From assembly GCA_963801355.1 (NCBI GenBank), contig CAWDEM010000008.1:1792001-1856000 (forward strand): a stretch of DNA of 64,000 bases. The letters are read 5' to 3'. Source of the stretch: Ignavibacteriota bacterium (GTDB lineage: Bacteria > Bacteroidota > Ignavibacteria > UBA10030 > UBA6906). The position numbers and the translations under genes were made by a program. The notes below the pieces were generated by a model. That model worked only from the letters and a program-made list of their open reading frames with translations, ran no database searches and had not been told where the DNA came from. Shown here piece by piece: positions 1 through 11,306 of the stretch (the first letter of the stretch is position 1; every line of letters begins with the position of its first letter).

Positions 1-768
1 GTGTTCGTTCCACGAAAGGGTCACGATTTTCAGTGCTAGACCGACTGAAAGGAGTGCGATCAACGACAGGGGTGCCAGCGATGACCGCATTCGTACCCCC
101 GAGACAAGTGCTGCGTAGATCAGCATTGACAGGACGAGCGTGACATAGCGACCAGAAAGGCGAGGGGCAAACATCATGACCATAGTCTTGCGCCCAGTTC
201 TCTCGTCATCGACCCTGCTAACTAGTTCATCGGTCCAAACCCACAGACCGGTTGCAGCAACAATCGGCAGTGCAGCCAGGTACACATTGCGCGTGAGGTC
301 GCCGACCTGGACGAGGTACCCTCCGAGCACAGGCACCAAACCAAGACCTTCGGCAAGGAGAACCTCACCACCGGCCCGCCGGCAGAAGTTGAACGGCGGC
401 ACGACGTAAAGCACACCCGTGAAGAGCGTGACCAGCCCGTACACAATGAAGATGCTTTCAGGAACACCGCCGTGCAGTGTCAGTCCGCTATTCATATGGA
501 GACCCAGGAGGCAGCCTGCTGCAATGCACACGACGGCAACCCGGGGAAGTCTGGGCCCTGTCCACCCATCCGTGAACCTGCCTTCGAAACGGACCAGCAG
601 GGACGAGAAGCCGGCGTGGAATAATGCAGTCGCGATGAGAAACTCGATTGCCGCAAGCCAGTTGAACGAAAAGTCCGGCGGACGAAGCCAGAATGGAAGC
701 GTCGTACCAACGAAGGCCGGGAGCAGAGAGGCGGTCCAAAAGCGGATTCCAGCGATTTCGCCGATCAT
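1..768 (-). CDS. UbiA/MenA-like membrane prenyltransferase-family protein (3' end runs off window)
   Basis: Hand translation from the ATG at 768 is open to base 1 (missing from the ORF track because there is no stop). It reads MIGEIAGIRFWTASLLPAFVGT...LYVVPPFNF.RRAGGE...DDERTGRKTMV. It is polytopic and resembles the MenA 'YTxxP...GE' and 'D..AGKRTL' motifs. Confidence 0.65.
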   Translation of the reverse strand, partial: MIGEIAGIRFWTASLLPAFVGTTLPFWLRPPDFSFNWLAAIEFLIATALFHAGFSSLLVRFEGRFTDGWTGPRLPRVAVVCIAAGCLLGLHMNSGLTLHGGVPESIFIVYGLVTLFTGVLYVVPPFNFCRRAGGEVLLAEGLGLVPVLGGYLVQVGDLTRNVYLAALPIVAATGLWVWTDELVSRVDDERTGRKTMVMMFAPRLSGRYVTLVLSMLIYAALVSGVRMRSSLAPLSLIALLSVGLALKIVTLSWNEH

Positions 769-827
769 GGGATACCTACACGAGAGAGCATCATCCCGAC
801 GGCATGGAGAACCAACAGTACGGCAGT

Positions 828-856
828 GACTTACGATTGAGAATACCTAGAGTCAA
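828..856 (-). promoter_or_regulatory. Putative sigma70 promoter (TTGACT-N17-TAAGTC), homologous to the kinase promoters
   Basis: Same -35 hexamer and same 88-nt distance to the ATG as the promoters at 13772-13800 and 19176-19204; the -10 is degenerate. Confidence 0.45.
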
Positions 857-949
857 GATGACGGATACAAGTGATCGCGGACTTCCAATTGAAAAGCCCG
901 TGGAAGGTAGATAGACAGAAGTACTGTCCCTCCGGATCGCTGTGACGCG

Positions 950-2455
950 TCATCGAATGCGGGGAGTGGACCGACCGTGTGCGGTTCCTCCTGGGCGCTT
1001 CCCTCCCCGCCAGGGTTCCATAGCCTTGCGAACTTCCTCGGCAAGCCAGTCGGCCTCCCTCCTGTCATTAAGAAAAAGGAACGGAGAGATGGATTTCCCA
1101 TCCTCCTGGGTGAGGGTGATCGAGTAGTAACCGCGTTTCCCCGCTTGCGCCTCGCCTTTTACGCCGATCTTCGTAATGCTCGAGCAGGGCATGCGTCTGC
1201 CCATTGGCAATCGGAAACCGAATAGCAAGTTGCGAACGTTCACGTGCCCCTCCTCCACCACTATGCGGCTCTCGCCGAATACGAGAAAAACAGTTATGAA
1301 AGCGATGAGCAAGCTGAACATCCCGAATACCAGAGGGAAGATGAACGGTGCGCCGCCGAATATGAGGAGTGCGACAATTCCGGCAAAAATGAGGAAGATG
1401 GCCAGTGTAGGCAATGTGGCCGGTATCCCCCCGCGGGTTTTGAGGACGAACTCCGCCCCGCCCCCCGCGCTCGGAAGGATGGTGACACCCGTGTGGTCGG
1501 CGGGTGCGAGGATTGGAGTCCCGGCAGCAACATCCTCCGCGCGGAGTCGTTCCTCAGTGAGCTGAGGGGAGGATGCCATCGATTTGAAAACAGGAATCTC
1601 GAAACTCGTGGCAAAGTCAACACCCGGGACCGCAGCGGTAGCCTCAAGCTTCCAGAAGACCGAATTGCGCTCGTCTATCTGGCCGGTCGGGCTGAGGTCG
1701 TACGGGACCAGGAATCTCACCGTCGCGCTCTGTGTCACCCCTTCTCCCGTGGGCGATAGCTGGGCGACGGACTGCTCAGTCTGCCATTGCACTTCTTCGT
1801 GTGTGGAAGTGCCCTTGTTGGTCTTCCGCAATTGTCTGTGGATGCAGGAGAGCCGCACATTGAGCGCCTGGGCAGTCGGAAGGCCGCGCGGCAGAAGGAT
1901 GTTGCCCGTCACCTCTCCACCGAGGATTCCTGGCACACGCACCATCTGGAACAGACAGTCGCCGTATTTCACGCGTTGCATGGTCTTCCGCACAGCAACC
2001 ACGATGAGTCCGATGCCGACAATGGGAAACAGGAAGCCCAAGAGAGCGGCATAGTTTTCTTTTTCAAAGATCTCCTCGGGAAGGAAGATCAACGTTGGTG
2101 CGGCAATGAGGTTCCAGAGGAGGGCAAATCCCCAGAAGAACCATGTGGTGGACTTCTCCATGCTGCGAACTTGCCCGATGGCCCAGTCGTCGCGCCACTT
2201 CCAGGGCTCACTGGGGTAGGTCGCTCGCAGGCTTGCCTCACGTGCCTGGCTCCGGAATCCCGCGGAAGTGAGCGCAAGCACACCCAGACCAAAGCCCCCG
2301 AACGCCAGAGCCGCAATCAGCATCACAAGCGCGTTTGTCGTCTCGCCATCCTGAAGAGCCACGAAGGCTCCGTATGCAATCCCAATGCCGATCGCGCAGA
2401 AGATAAGCACAAATACATAGATGGCGATCTTTCCGAAATTCGATTCTGGTTCCAT
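950..2455 (-). CDS. Hypothetical polytopic membrane protein (DUF3592-like)
   Basis: 501-aa ORF with about six hydrophobic segments and a 'PWKWRDDW..G.VRS' motif. RBS-like GAAGGT upstream. Confidence 0.6.
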   Translation of the reverse strand: MEPESNFGKIAIYVFVLIFCAIGIGIAYGAFVALQDGETTNALVMLIAALAFGGFGLGVLALTSAGFRSQAREASLRATYPSEPWKWRDDWAIGQVRSMEKSTTWFFWGFALLWNLIAAPTLIFLPEEIFEKENYAALLGFLFPIVGIGLIVVAVRKTMQRVKYGDCLFQMVRVPGILGGEVTGNILLPRGLPTAQALNVRLSCIHRQLRKTNKGTSTHEEVQWQTEQSVAQLSPTGEGVTQSATVRFLVPYDLSPTGQIDERNSVFWKLEATAAVPGVDFATSFEIPVFKSMASSPQLTEERLRAEDVAAGTPILAPADHTGVTILPSAGGGAEFVLKTRGGIPATLPTLAIFLIFAGIVALLIFGGAPFIFPLVFGMFSLLIAFITVFLVFGESRIVVEEGHVNVRNLLFGFRLPMGRRMPCSSITKIGVKGEAQAGKRGYYSITLTQEDGKSISPFLFLNDRREADWLAEEVRKAMEPWRGGKRPGGTAHGRSTPRIR

Positions 2456-2515
2456 CGAACACCTTCTCTTCGGAGTACGTAAACAGTACAGCTGGTATTT
2501 GTCAAAAGTATCGAA

Positions 2516-3283
2516 TCACGCCCGCATGGGATTCCGGATTGTCTGCACGGCGACCGCAAAGAAGATCACAAGGAAGCACACGTAAGCCACCCCCTTCACG
2601 ACAAGCCCTTCAACCGTACCGGCTCCGATAGTGGCATACCGGAGGAAGTCTGTGTGCCAGCTCAGTGGATTGCCGAGCGACACCGTCTGCAGCCATCGCG
2701 GCAATGTCTCCGCCGGATAGAACATCGAACTGCTGAACATGAGAACGAAGTAGACCAGGTTGAGGAATGTGTTGAACATGTCGTTCCGGCGAATCCGGAT
2801 CGCAAACGTCACAAGGAAGAAGAACCATCCCGCCGTGCCAAGCACCTGGCCGACCGCGACAAGCCCGAGGAGATCCCAGCGGATGGTCAGACCGAGCACC
2901 GCACTCCCCACCACGATAGTCACGGCTGCCTGCACGAGCGCAAGAGCGCAGTTGAACAAAATCTTCCCCACAAGAAACTCGGAGCGTGTCATCGGGTAGG
3001 TGAGGAACTCATAGAAGATCCCGTTTTCTCGATCGACAAAGAAACCGTAGGAGGTATTGATCGCGATGCCGAAACTGGCCATGGACAGCACCCCGGCGAG
3101 AAAGAAGGCATTGTAGCTCACACGCAGACCGTCGACGACTACCCCGGACGGAAAAGCGCTGTTGAAACCGATGCCGAAAATCAGCAGGTACACCAGCGGC
3201 ATGAAGATATCATAGAACATCCAGTTCAGGCTGGTTGTCCGGATGCGGTAGTCCCGGTACATCACCGCGAGGATCATCCTCAT
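2516..3283 (-). CDS. ABC-2 type transporter permease
   Basis: 255 aa, six TM segments, 'FYP...LPRWLQ.VS..NPLS' signature. Overlaps the ATPase stop by 4 nt. Confidence 0.9.
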   Translation of the reverse strand: MRMILAVMYRDYRIRTTSLNWMFYDIFMPLVYLLIFGIGFNSAFPSGVVVDGLRVSYNAFFLAGVLSMASFGIAINTSYGFFVDRENGIFYEFLTYPMTRSEFLVGKILFNCALALVQAAVTIVVGSAVLGLTIRWDLLGLVAVGQVLGTAGWFFFLVTFAIRIRRNDMFNTFLNLVYFVLMFSSSMFYPAETLPRWLQTVSLGNPLSWHTDFLRYATIGAGTVEGLVVKGVAYVCFLVIFFAVAVQTIRNPMRA

Positions 3284-4260
3284 GAGTTCCCTCCCTCTGC
3301 TCCATTCCTGCCCCTTGTGCCGAGCAGCTCCAGGAACACATCCTCCAGCGATGCACTGGTCACTTCAAAATGCACTATGGGTTCAACACGCGACAACGCA
3401 TCCAGCAGAGCAAACGCTGAGACATCGGGTGTCTTGATGCTCATCTCGAGCGTCGTATGAGTCGTGTGGAGTTTGAGGTGAGGGAAAGACCTCGCCGTCT
3501 CAAGAATTGCCGGCTTCATCTGCTTGAACGCGACAGTGACATCGCACACCTGTACGGCCATGGACTTGATCATAGCCAGATCGCCGATGGCGATGCAGCG
3601 GCCATGGTCCACGATGGCAATTCGGTCGCAAAGCTCTTCCGCTTCTTGAAGGATGTGCGTGGTCAGCAGGATGGTCCGCCCCTGCTGCGCCTGCTGACGG
3701 ATGGCCTCCAGCGTTGCCCTCTTGTTTACCGGATCCATTCCGGTGGTCGCTTCATCGAGAAAGACCACGGGTTTGTCCACCATGAACACTTTGGCAACCT
3801 GAACCCGCCGTTTCAGCCCGCCGCTCAGATCTATGACTGTCTGGTGCCGGTACTCATCAAGTCCGAATTGGGCCATAACGCTTTCGGCACGAGAGAGGAT
3901 CTCCCGCTGCGGGATCGAATGGAATCGCCCGAACGTGGTAAGATTGTCCAGAACAGAAAGGAAGGTATCGACGGCATTCTCTTGGAGGACGGCGCAAATG
4001 GACTGGCGGACCCGGTACGGATCAGTGACGACATTCAGTCCGCACACCTCAGCCGTTCCACCGGTGGGTTGGATCAGCGTGGTCAATATCCGAAGGAGAG
4101 TGGTCTTCCCTGCCCCATTCTTCCCCAGCAGTCCGAGGATCTCTCCCTTCCTGACTTCAAGACTCAATCCATCCAGTGCTCTGACCGGATTTCGGGATGT
4201 CTCGCGGTATATTTTGACCAGGTCCTGTACCCGGACCACGGTATCGTTATGAGAACTCAT
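3280..4260 (-). CDS. ABC transporter ATP-binding protein (DrrA-like)
   Basis: Walker A GKNGAGKT, signature LSGG, Walker B VFLDE, H-loop TTH, C-terminal SLEDVF. Confidence 0.95.
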   Translation of the reverse strand: MSSHNDTVVRVQDLVKIYRETSRNPVRALDGLSLEVRKGEILGLLGKNGAGKTTLLRILTTLIQPTGGTAEVCGLNVVTDPYRVRQSICAVLQENAVDTFLSVLDNLTTFGRFHSIPQREILSRAESVMAQFGLDEYRHQTVIDLSGGLKRRVQVAKVFMVDKPVVFLDEATTGMDPVNKRATLEAIRQQAQQGRTILLTTHILQEAEELCDRIAIVDHGRCIAIGDLAMIKSMAVQVCDVTVAFKQMKPAILETARSFPHLKLHTTHTTLEMSIKTPDVSAFALLDALSRVEPIVHFEVTSASLEDVFLELLGTRGRNGAEGGNS

Positions 4261-4287
4261 GCGTTTCAGTGTAACGATGAAGCAGCG

Positions 4288-6444
4288 TCAAAGGACCCGT
4301 GTGAACACCAGTACTACGGCCGGTTCTTGATTCGACCTTGTCTGCCTACTCTCGCGCACCGTGAGAGTCATCCCACCTTCCGATAACGCGTATTCGCTCC
4401 TGGACGTCGTCGCGAACGTCCCCTGCGATGTCTGCAGTGTCAGCGCTGTCGTGACCACAAGCGTTGTACCATCGGCACTCCACGCTGCCGAACTCACGAT
4501 GCTGTCCGACCACCCTCCGCTATATCCCATCCGCCGGGTCATCTCCTCGGCAGAAGCAACCCCGCCGCCGCCAATGATCATCTGTTTGGTGGTCGTGAGC
4601 TCCCGGTGCTGGATATACCGGCTCTCCCTGGCCGTCGTCGTCATCGTAATTGCGTTCCCGCGCTGGTCGATGACGAGCTCGAGAAGCGAGGGGAAATGAT
4701 TCCGGCTCCTCGCCGGGACGAGTTTCCAGCGTCCGGAAAAGTCGGGCCGCTCTTCGAGATACCGCGTTGTCATTGTGGGTCGCCGTCCTGCCATCATCAT
4801 GAACTCCCGCGGAGGAACAACCTCGCAATCGTCGCCGAGGAGTGCAATGACCCGCTTCATCCGCTCTATGTCGTTGTGCTCCCGAACATGGACCGGCAGA
4901 AAATACGGTCTTCGTGGATTGATCCGGCCAAGCTCCCGCAGATCCTCGGCAACCTCTTCTGCCGGCTTCGTGACATCAACGTAATAGTCGTAGGAGATCA
5001 ACGGACGTCCGTTCCGGATATCGAATGTGTTCGCAGGACCGTAGCCATTAAGGAAACCGTCAGCTGTCGGGAGATTTTCAAAGTAGGCATCGACGATCCG
5101 CTTCGGGAGGTCGGCATTGCCGACCCTATGGTCTCCCTCCGAAAAGTCCATGATTGCAAAGACGTGGAGATCCATCTGGCGCATCAGCGAATCCTCCCTC
5201 CGCAGCACCCCCGGGAGCATCCCCGGCGGATAGGCCTTCGGGTAGAAATACCCCGGGCCGCTCAGACTGCCGATGAAGTGGTCATTCTCGGTCGCCGTCT
5301 CGTAGTAATACTGCAGGAGCGCAGGAGCGACATGGAAATACTCCTCGTTCATTTCCCACCCATAAGGCAAATCACCGCGTCCCGGCTTCAGCCATGACCC
5401 GATCCCGAGGCCGTCGCTCTCAATGAGTGTGAGGTAGACCTTGTCCTCGATCTTCGGGTTCGGGTCGAACTTCCCTTTCTGTTTGAACCGGAAGTCGGGG
5501 GAGACAGGAAGCTGTCCGTGGAAACTCATATTCGGAAGCGACGCAAGCCCCTCGGCAACGATCAAGGCATGCCGGGAGAGAAGAGTGACGTGCTCTTCTT
5601 CTTTGTCTTTGCAGTACGAATGCCATCCGAAGATGTACGCATACGGCCGCATCTCGCTGAAGATCTTCTCCGCCAGCTGGTATTCCCCCGTCTTCGCGGG
5701 CATGGTCGAGAGATCTGTGCAGAAGGCCTTCTGCACGATGGCAAGATCTGCGACGGCCGGCCGCATCCCGGGGCCATTTTTCAGCCCCGTGCAATACTCG
5801 CCGAGGTACACCAGATAGTCGCGGCTGCACCTTGCCCAGTAGCGGTCGTACGCCCATTGAAAGATCTCCAGATCCGTCTTCCCCCGGAAAATCTTTCTGA
5901 AGTCCGCGATTGGTTTGATCCCCAGCTTCTCCATCAGGGGGAGGTATGCTTCCGTTACCACGAGGGCATCTTCCAATCCTGCCACGGTGTAGGAGACCAT
6001 GAGAGAGGTCTTCGCTTCGGGGTCCCATATAACGCACCCCTTGAGAAAACCCCTGTACAGTTTCACTGCTTCCTCAGTGGATTTTATTTCTTGGGTGTTC
6101 AGCTTGTGGCGGACCCGATAGAATTCCAGGATGGCCCTGGAGCCAGGGTGCAAATGCTCCGGGGGATAGAGAAGATAGATGTGGGCTCCATGCTTGTTGG
6201 CGATTCCCTGAAGGCTTATGTAGAGCGCCTGGCGGGGAAGATCACCTGCAGTCTCCCAGTCACCTGCCATAGCGATGACCGATACGCGGGACGGGATATC
6301 GAGGGCGGGAGCGGCCGGGAGAGAGAGAGGGAGAACAACGAGTTGAAGAGCGATACCGACAGTACGGAGAATACCGGTGGTGGTTGTCATGATGGGACGC
6401 CAGATGGGTTGTTGTGGATCAGGGTTTTCCGACTTCGAGCGCAT
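4288..6444 (-). CDS. GxGYxYP-family putative glycoside hydrolase with C-terminal beta-barrel-like extension
   Basis: SGPGYFYP motif, 'SDG' and 'GWH' motifs, signal-peptide-like N-terminus (the start may be the ATG at 6390). The C-terminal domain begins 'PDFSGRWKL'. Confidence 0.75.
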   Translation of the reverse strand: MRSKSENPDPQQPIWRPIMTTTTGILRTVGIALQLVVLPLSLPAAPALDIPSRVSVIAMAGDWETAGDLPRQALYISLQGIANKHGAHIYLLYPPEHLHPGSRAILEFYRVRHKLNTQEIKSTEEAVKLYRGFLKGCVIWDPEAKTSLMVSYTVAGLEDALVVTEAYLPLMEKLGIKPIADFRKIFRGKTDLEIFQWAYDRYWARCSRDYLVYLGEYCTGLKNGPGMRPAVADLAIVQKAFCTDLSTMPAKTGEYQLAEKIFSEMRPYAYIFGWHSYCKDKEEEHVTLLSRHALIVAEGLASLPNMSFHGQLPVSPDFRFKQKGKFDPNPKIEDKVYLTLIESDGLGIGSWLKPGRGDLPYGWEMNEEYFHVAPALLQYYYETATENDHFIGSLSGPGYFYPKAYPPGMLPGVLRREDSLMRQMDLHVFAIMDFSEGDHRVGNADLPKRIVDAYFENLPTADGFLNGYGPANTFDIRNGRPLISYDYYVDVTKPAEEVAEDLRELGRINPRRPYFLPVHVREHNDIERMKRVIALLGDDCEVVPPREFMMMAGRRPTMTTRYLEERPDFSGRWKLVPARSRNHFPSLLELVIDQRGNAITMTTTARESRYIQHRELTTTKQMIIGGGGVASAEEMTRRMGYSGGWSDSIVSSAAWSADGTTLVVTTALTLQTSQGTFATTSRSEYALSEGGMTLTVRESRQTRSNQEPAVVLVFTRVL

Positions 6445-6729
6445 GACGCGGTTCAGTCGCCGAACGGGCTGTCAACAGGGCATGGAACGAAAGATAGATC
6501 CCTCTGCCCGCGAGCGTGAGGATTGCAGCCAACCACCAAATATGGCCCGCAGCAAGCACCGCGAACTGGCTGGTCCATTCGGCGGCTCCATGCAGGTGGG
6601 GGATGCGTGAAATAACGTTGAGTATACAGAATTCGCCACAGAGAATCAATGAAACGGGAGATTGGCACAGAAGTCCAGATTGGTACAGAAGACCTTCTAA
6701 CGATGGCAAACTCTGCGAGTTCTATGCCG

Positions 6730-7158
6730 TCAAGACTCTGCAGGCGGGCTTTGATCGATGGGGGCAACATCGCCGTGGCGGTGGACGATCTTCCACACAC
6801 CGTTCTCTCGGCGGTAGACGTGGGTGACGCGCAGCGTGCTACGCTCGACCGAGCCACCGTCTACGGACCTTGAAGAGTGCTCGTGGCCCACTGTGTAGGC
6901 CAGGTTGCCATCAACGCCTGCGGTGATGAGCTCGTACCTGTAGGCATTGCAGTTGGAGAATCGAGACGCGACCCAGCGGGAGATCCGGGTCACCTCATCC
7001 AATCCACTCTTGCACGGCCCCCATGCCCCGAACAGGGTCACCGGATCTTTTGTTGACCACATCTCCAGTCGCGGTTTCGGGTCGCCGTTGTGAATCGCTT
7101 CTTCGGCCGTGATCTGGCGGGCAAGGGTGTTCGTGAGGAAATCGTCGAGTTCACTCAT
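6730..7158 (-). CDS. NTF2/SnoaL-like (DUF4440) protein
   Basis: 142 aa ending 'RVTHVYRRENGVWKIVHRH'. AGGAGAG RBS. Confidence 0.85.
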   Translation of the reverse strand: MSELDDFLTNTLARQITAEEAIHNGDPKPRLEMWSTKDPVTLFGAWGPCKSGLDEVTRISRWVASRFSNCNAYRYELITAGVDGNLAYTVGHEHSSRSVDGGSVERSTLRVTHVYRRENGVWKIVHRHGDVAPIDQSPPAES

Positions 7159-7195
7159 GACCCTCTCCTTCCTTTCAAAAGGGAGCTACCACTTT

Positions 7196-8611
7196 TCAAA
7201 ACGGCTTAATGTTATGGTTCGTACGAAACGTATTTTCGGGATCCCACTTTTTCTTGACTTCAGCGAGGCGCTGAAGTGACTTCCCCAGTGCAGTCTTGAT
7301 GCGATCAGGGCCTTCGTCTTCGGTCAGGAAGTTTATGTACGTGCCACCCGTAGAAAAGGGTTTCATGTCGTCCCAGGCCTCACGTGCCCATGTGATATTT
7401 GCCCCGTCCTCACCCGATTGCTCCCACGAGCTTGCCACGTTGAGTACGTAGCGCGCGTCGCGGTTCCCGACGGGAGAGTGCATTTCTTCGAGTCGGTTCA
7501 GAGCGCCACCCACTTGGAACAAAATCACGGCAGAGTGCGGCGATCGAATCCTCGCGGCATGCACAAGAACTTTCTCGTACAGAGATCGGTCGATGCGCGG
7601 GAGATACTCGCTCTTCCAATAGTAGCGCCGGCCCTTCGGCTGCGTGGCGTCGAGCAAGGACTGCAACTGCGCGTATGGCCTGCGCACAAGGATGTCACCG
7701 ATAGGATTGCCGAACGACTTGATGGGTGCGACAGCTTTCTCGCCGTCCTCCGGCTTCCCGCTGTAACAGGCGAGCAGTGCCACGATCGGAGTCCCATGCC
7801 GCTCCTTTGGAAGCCACGGTGCTGGAGGTGCCATGCGCATCATAGCTGCGAGTGTGAGTTCGGGTGGTGCATTCTCAGCAAGCGCCTGGTACAACTCTAA
7901 CACCTTGGGTGCCTCGCTTGCAGGCCAGGCAACAACGCCGCCGATGATCTCCGGACCGACGGGGTATAGTGCATAGTCGATCCCGGTCACGACCCCGAAG
8001 TTTCCGCCACCACCCCGCAGCGCCCAGAAGAGATCCGCATTCTCGTCGTTGCTTGCTCGCACCAGTCGTGCATCGGCAGTCACGATATCCATCCCGACGA
8101 CATTGTCCGCCGTCCACCCCCAACGCCGCGTCAGGTAGCCGAACCCGCCGCCTACAGTCAGTCCCGCGATCCCCGTGAGCGACACAAAACCGAGGACGGC
8201 AGCGAGTCCGTGTAGCTGCGTCTCTCGATCCACATCCCCAAGCAAACAGCCGGCCTGTGCATGGGCGATTTTCCCCCGCGTGTCCACCCAGACGCCGCGC
8301 ATGAGTGACATATCGAGCATGAGGGCGCCATCGGCCGTGGCCAGACCTGCGATGTTGTGTCCTCCACCCTTTATGCATAGCAGGACGTCGTTGTCCCGCG
8401 CGAATTGCACGCAACTGATCACGTCCGCGATCCCGAGGCAGCGGACAACGACGGAGGGTCTTCTGTCAATCATGCCGTTCCAGACGGTACGAGACTCTTC
8501 ATAGCCGATATCACCCGGCAAGAACACCGGACCGCGAAGACGCATCCTCAGATTATCAACTCTGTCCTGTTTCAGGTCGATCTCGCGGCCTTCCCGTGAC
8601 TTCACTTTCAA
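7196..8611 (-). CDS. FAD-binding oxidoreductase, berberine-bridge-enzyme-like
   Basis: KGGGHN covalent-FAD His motif, 'DLFWALRGGGGNFGVVT', C-terminal BBE 'YINF...KKWDPEN.F'. TTG start with GGAAGGAG RBS. Confidence 0.92.
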   Translation of the reverse strand: MKVKSREGREIDLKQDRVDNLRMRLRGPVFLPGDIGYEESRTVWNGMIDRRPSVVVRCLGIADVISCVQFARDNDVLLCIKGGGHNIAGLATADGALMLDMSLMRGVWVDTRGKIAHAQAGCLLGDVDRETQLHGLAAVLGFVSLTGIAGLTVGGGFGYLTRRWGWTADNVVGMDIVTADARLVRASNDENADLFWALRGGGGNFGVVTGIDYALYPVGPEIIGGVVAWPASEAPKVLELYQALAENAPPELTLAAMMRMAPPAPWLPKERHGTPIVALLACYSGKPEDGEKAVAPIKSFGNPIGDILVRRPYAQLQSLLDATQPKGRRYYWKSEYLPRIDRSLYEKVLVHAARIRSPHSAVILFQVGGALNRLEEMHSPVGNRDARYVLNVASSWEQSGEDGANITWAREAWDDMKPFSTGGTYINFLTEDEGPDRIKTALGKSLQRLAEVKKKWDPENTFRTNHNIKPF

Positions 8612-8866
8612 GGTGCGGGCTCCTTCCTATTGAATCTTGTTTGAGTTCTGCATATTAATGTCACCCTGTTCGGCGAGCACGACAACCTCCCATCGATATT
8701 CATCGTAAGCATACATCCATTAACACAAGAATCCACGTCTCTGTTCCTCCAGTTTCCTCCCTGAACTCCTATGGAATAGTCCGGGGAAATCATTCCCCGG
8801 GAATCCTCCGCGGAGCGGGAAGGTACATCTTTGATTCTCCCCCTCCCTCAGGTGGTGTGGTGGTGA

Positions 8867-11197
<2,331 letters not shown>

Positions 11198-11233
11198 GCG
11201 TCGTGGAGACATCTTCCATGAATAGCATCCAGG

Positions 11234-11260
11234 AGTGCCACATCGTACCGATGTGGCACT
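11234..11260. terminator. Hairpin between convergent katG and kinase gene, probable bidirectional terminator
   Basis: Perfect 12-bp stem AGTGCCACATCG-tac-CGATGTGGCACT. Confidence 0.7.
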
Positions 11261-11306
11261 TCTGTTACGAAGCCTCGTTCGATCCCAAAAAACGAGGTCA
11301 TCCACA

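Noticed and set aside
6520-6625. Integron attC-like site (CCAAC...GTTGAGT)
   Set aside because: The R'' box does not fit RYYYAAC, there is no convincing internal stem, and there is no integrase or cassette array.
6659-6694. 18-bp imperfect tandem duplication AGATTGG(C/T)ACAGAAG(T/A)CC
   Set aside because: Real, but only two adjacent copies without spacers. Not CRISPR, and no function can be supported.
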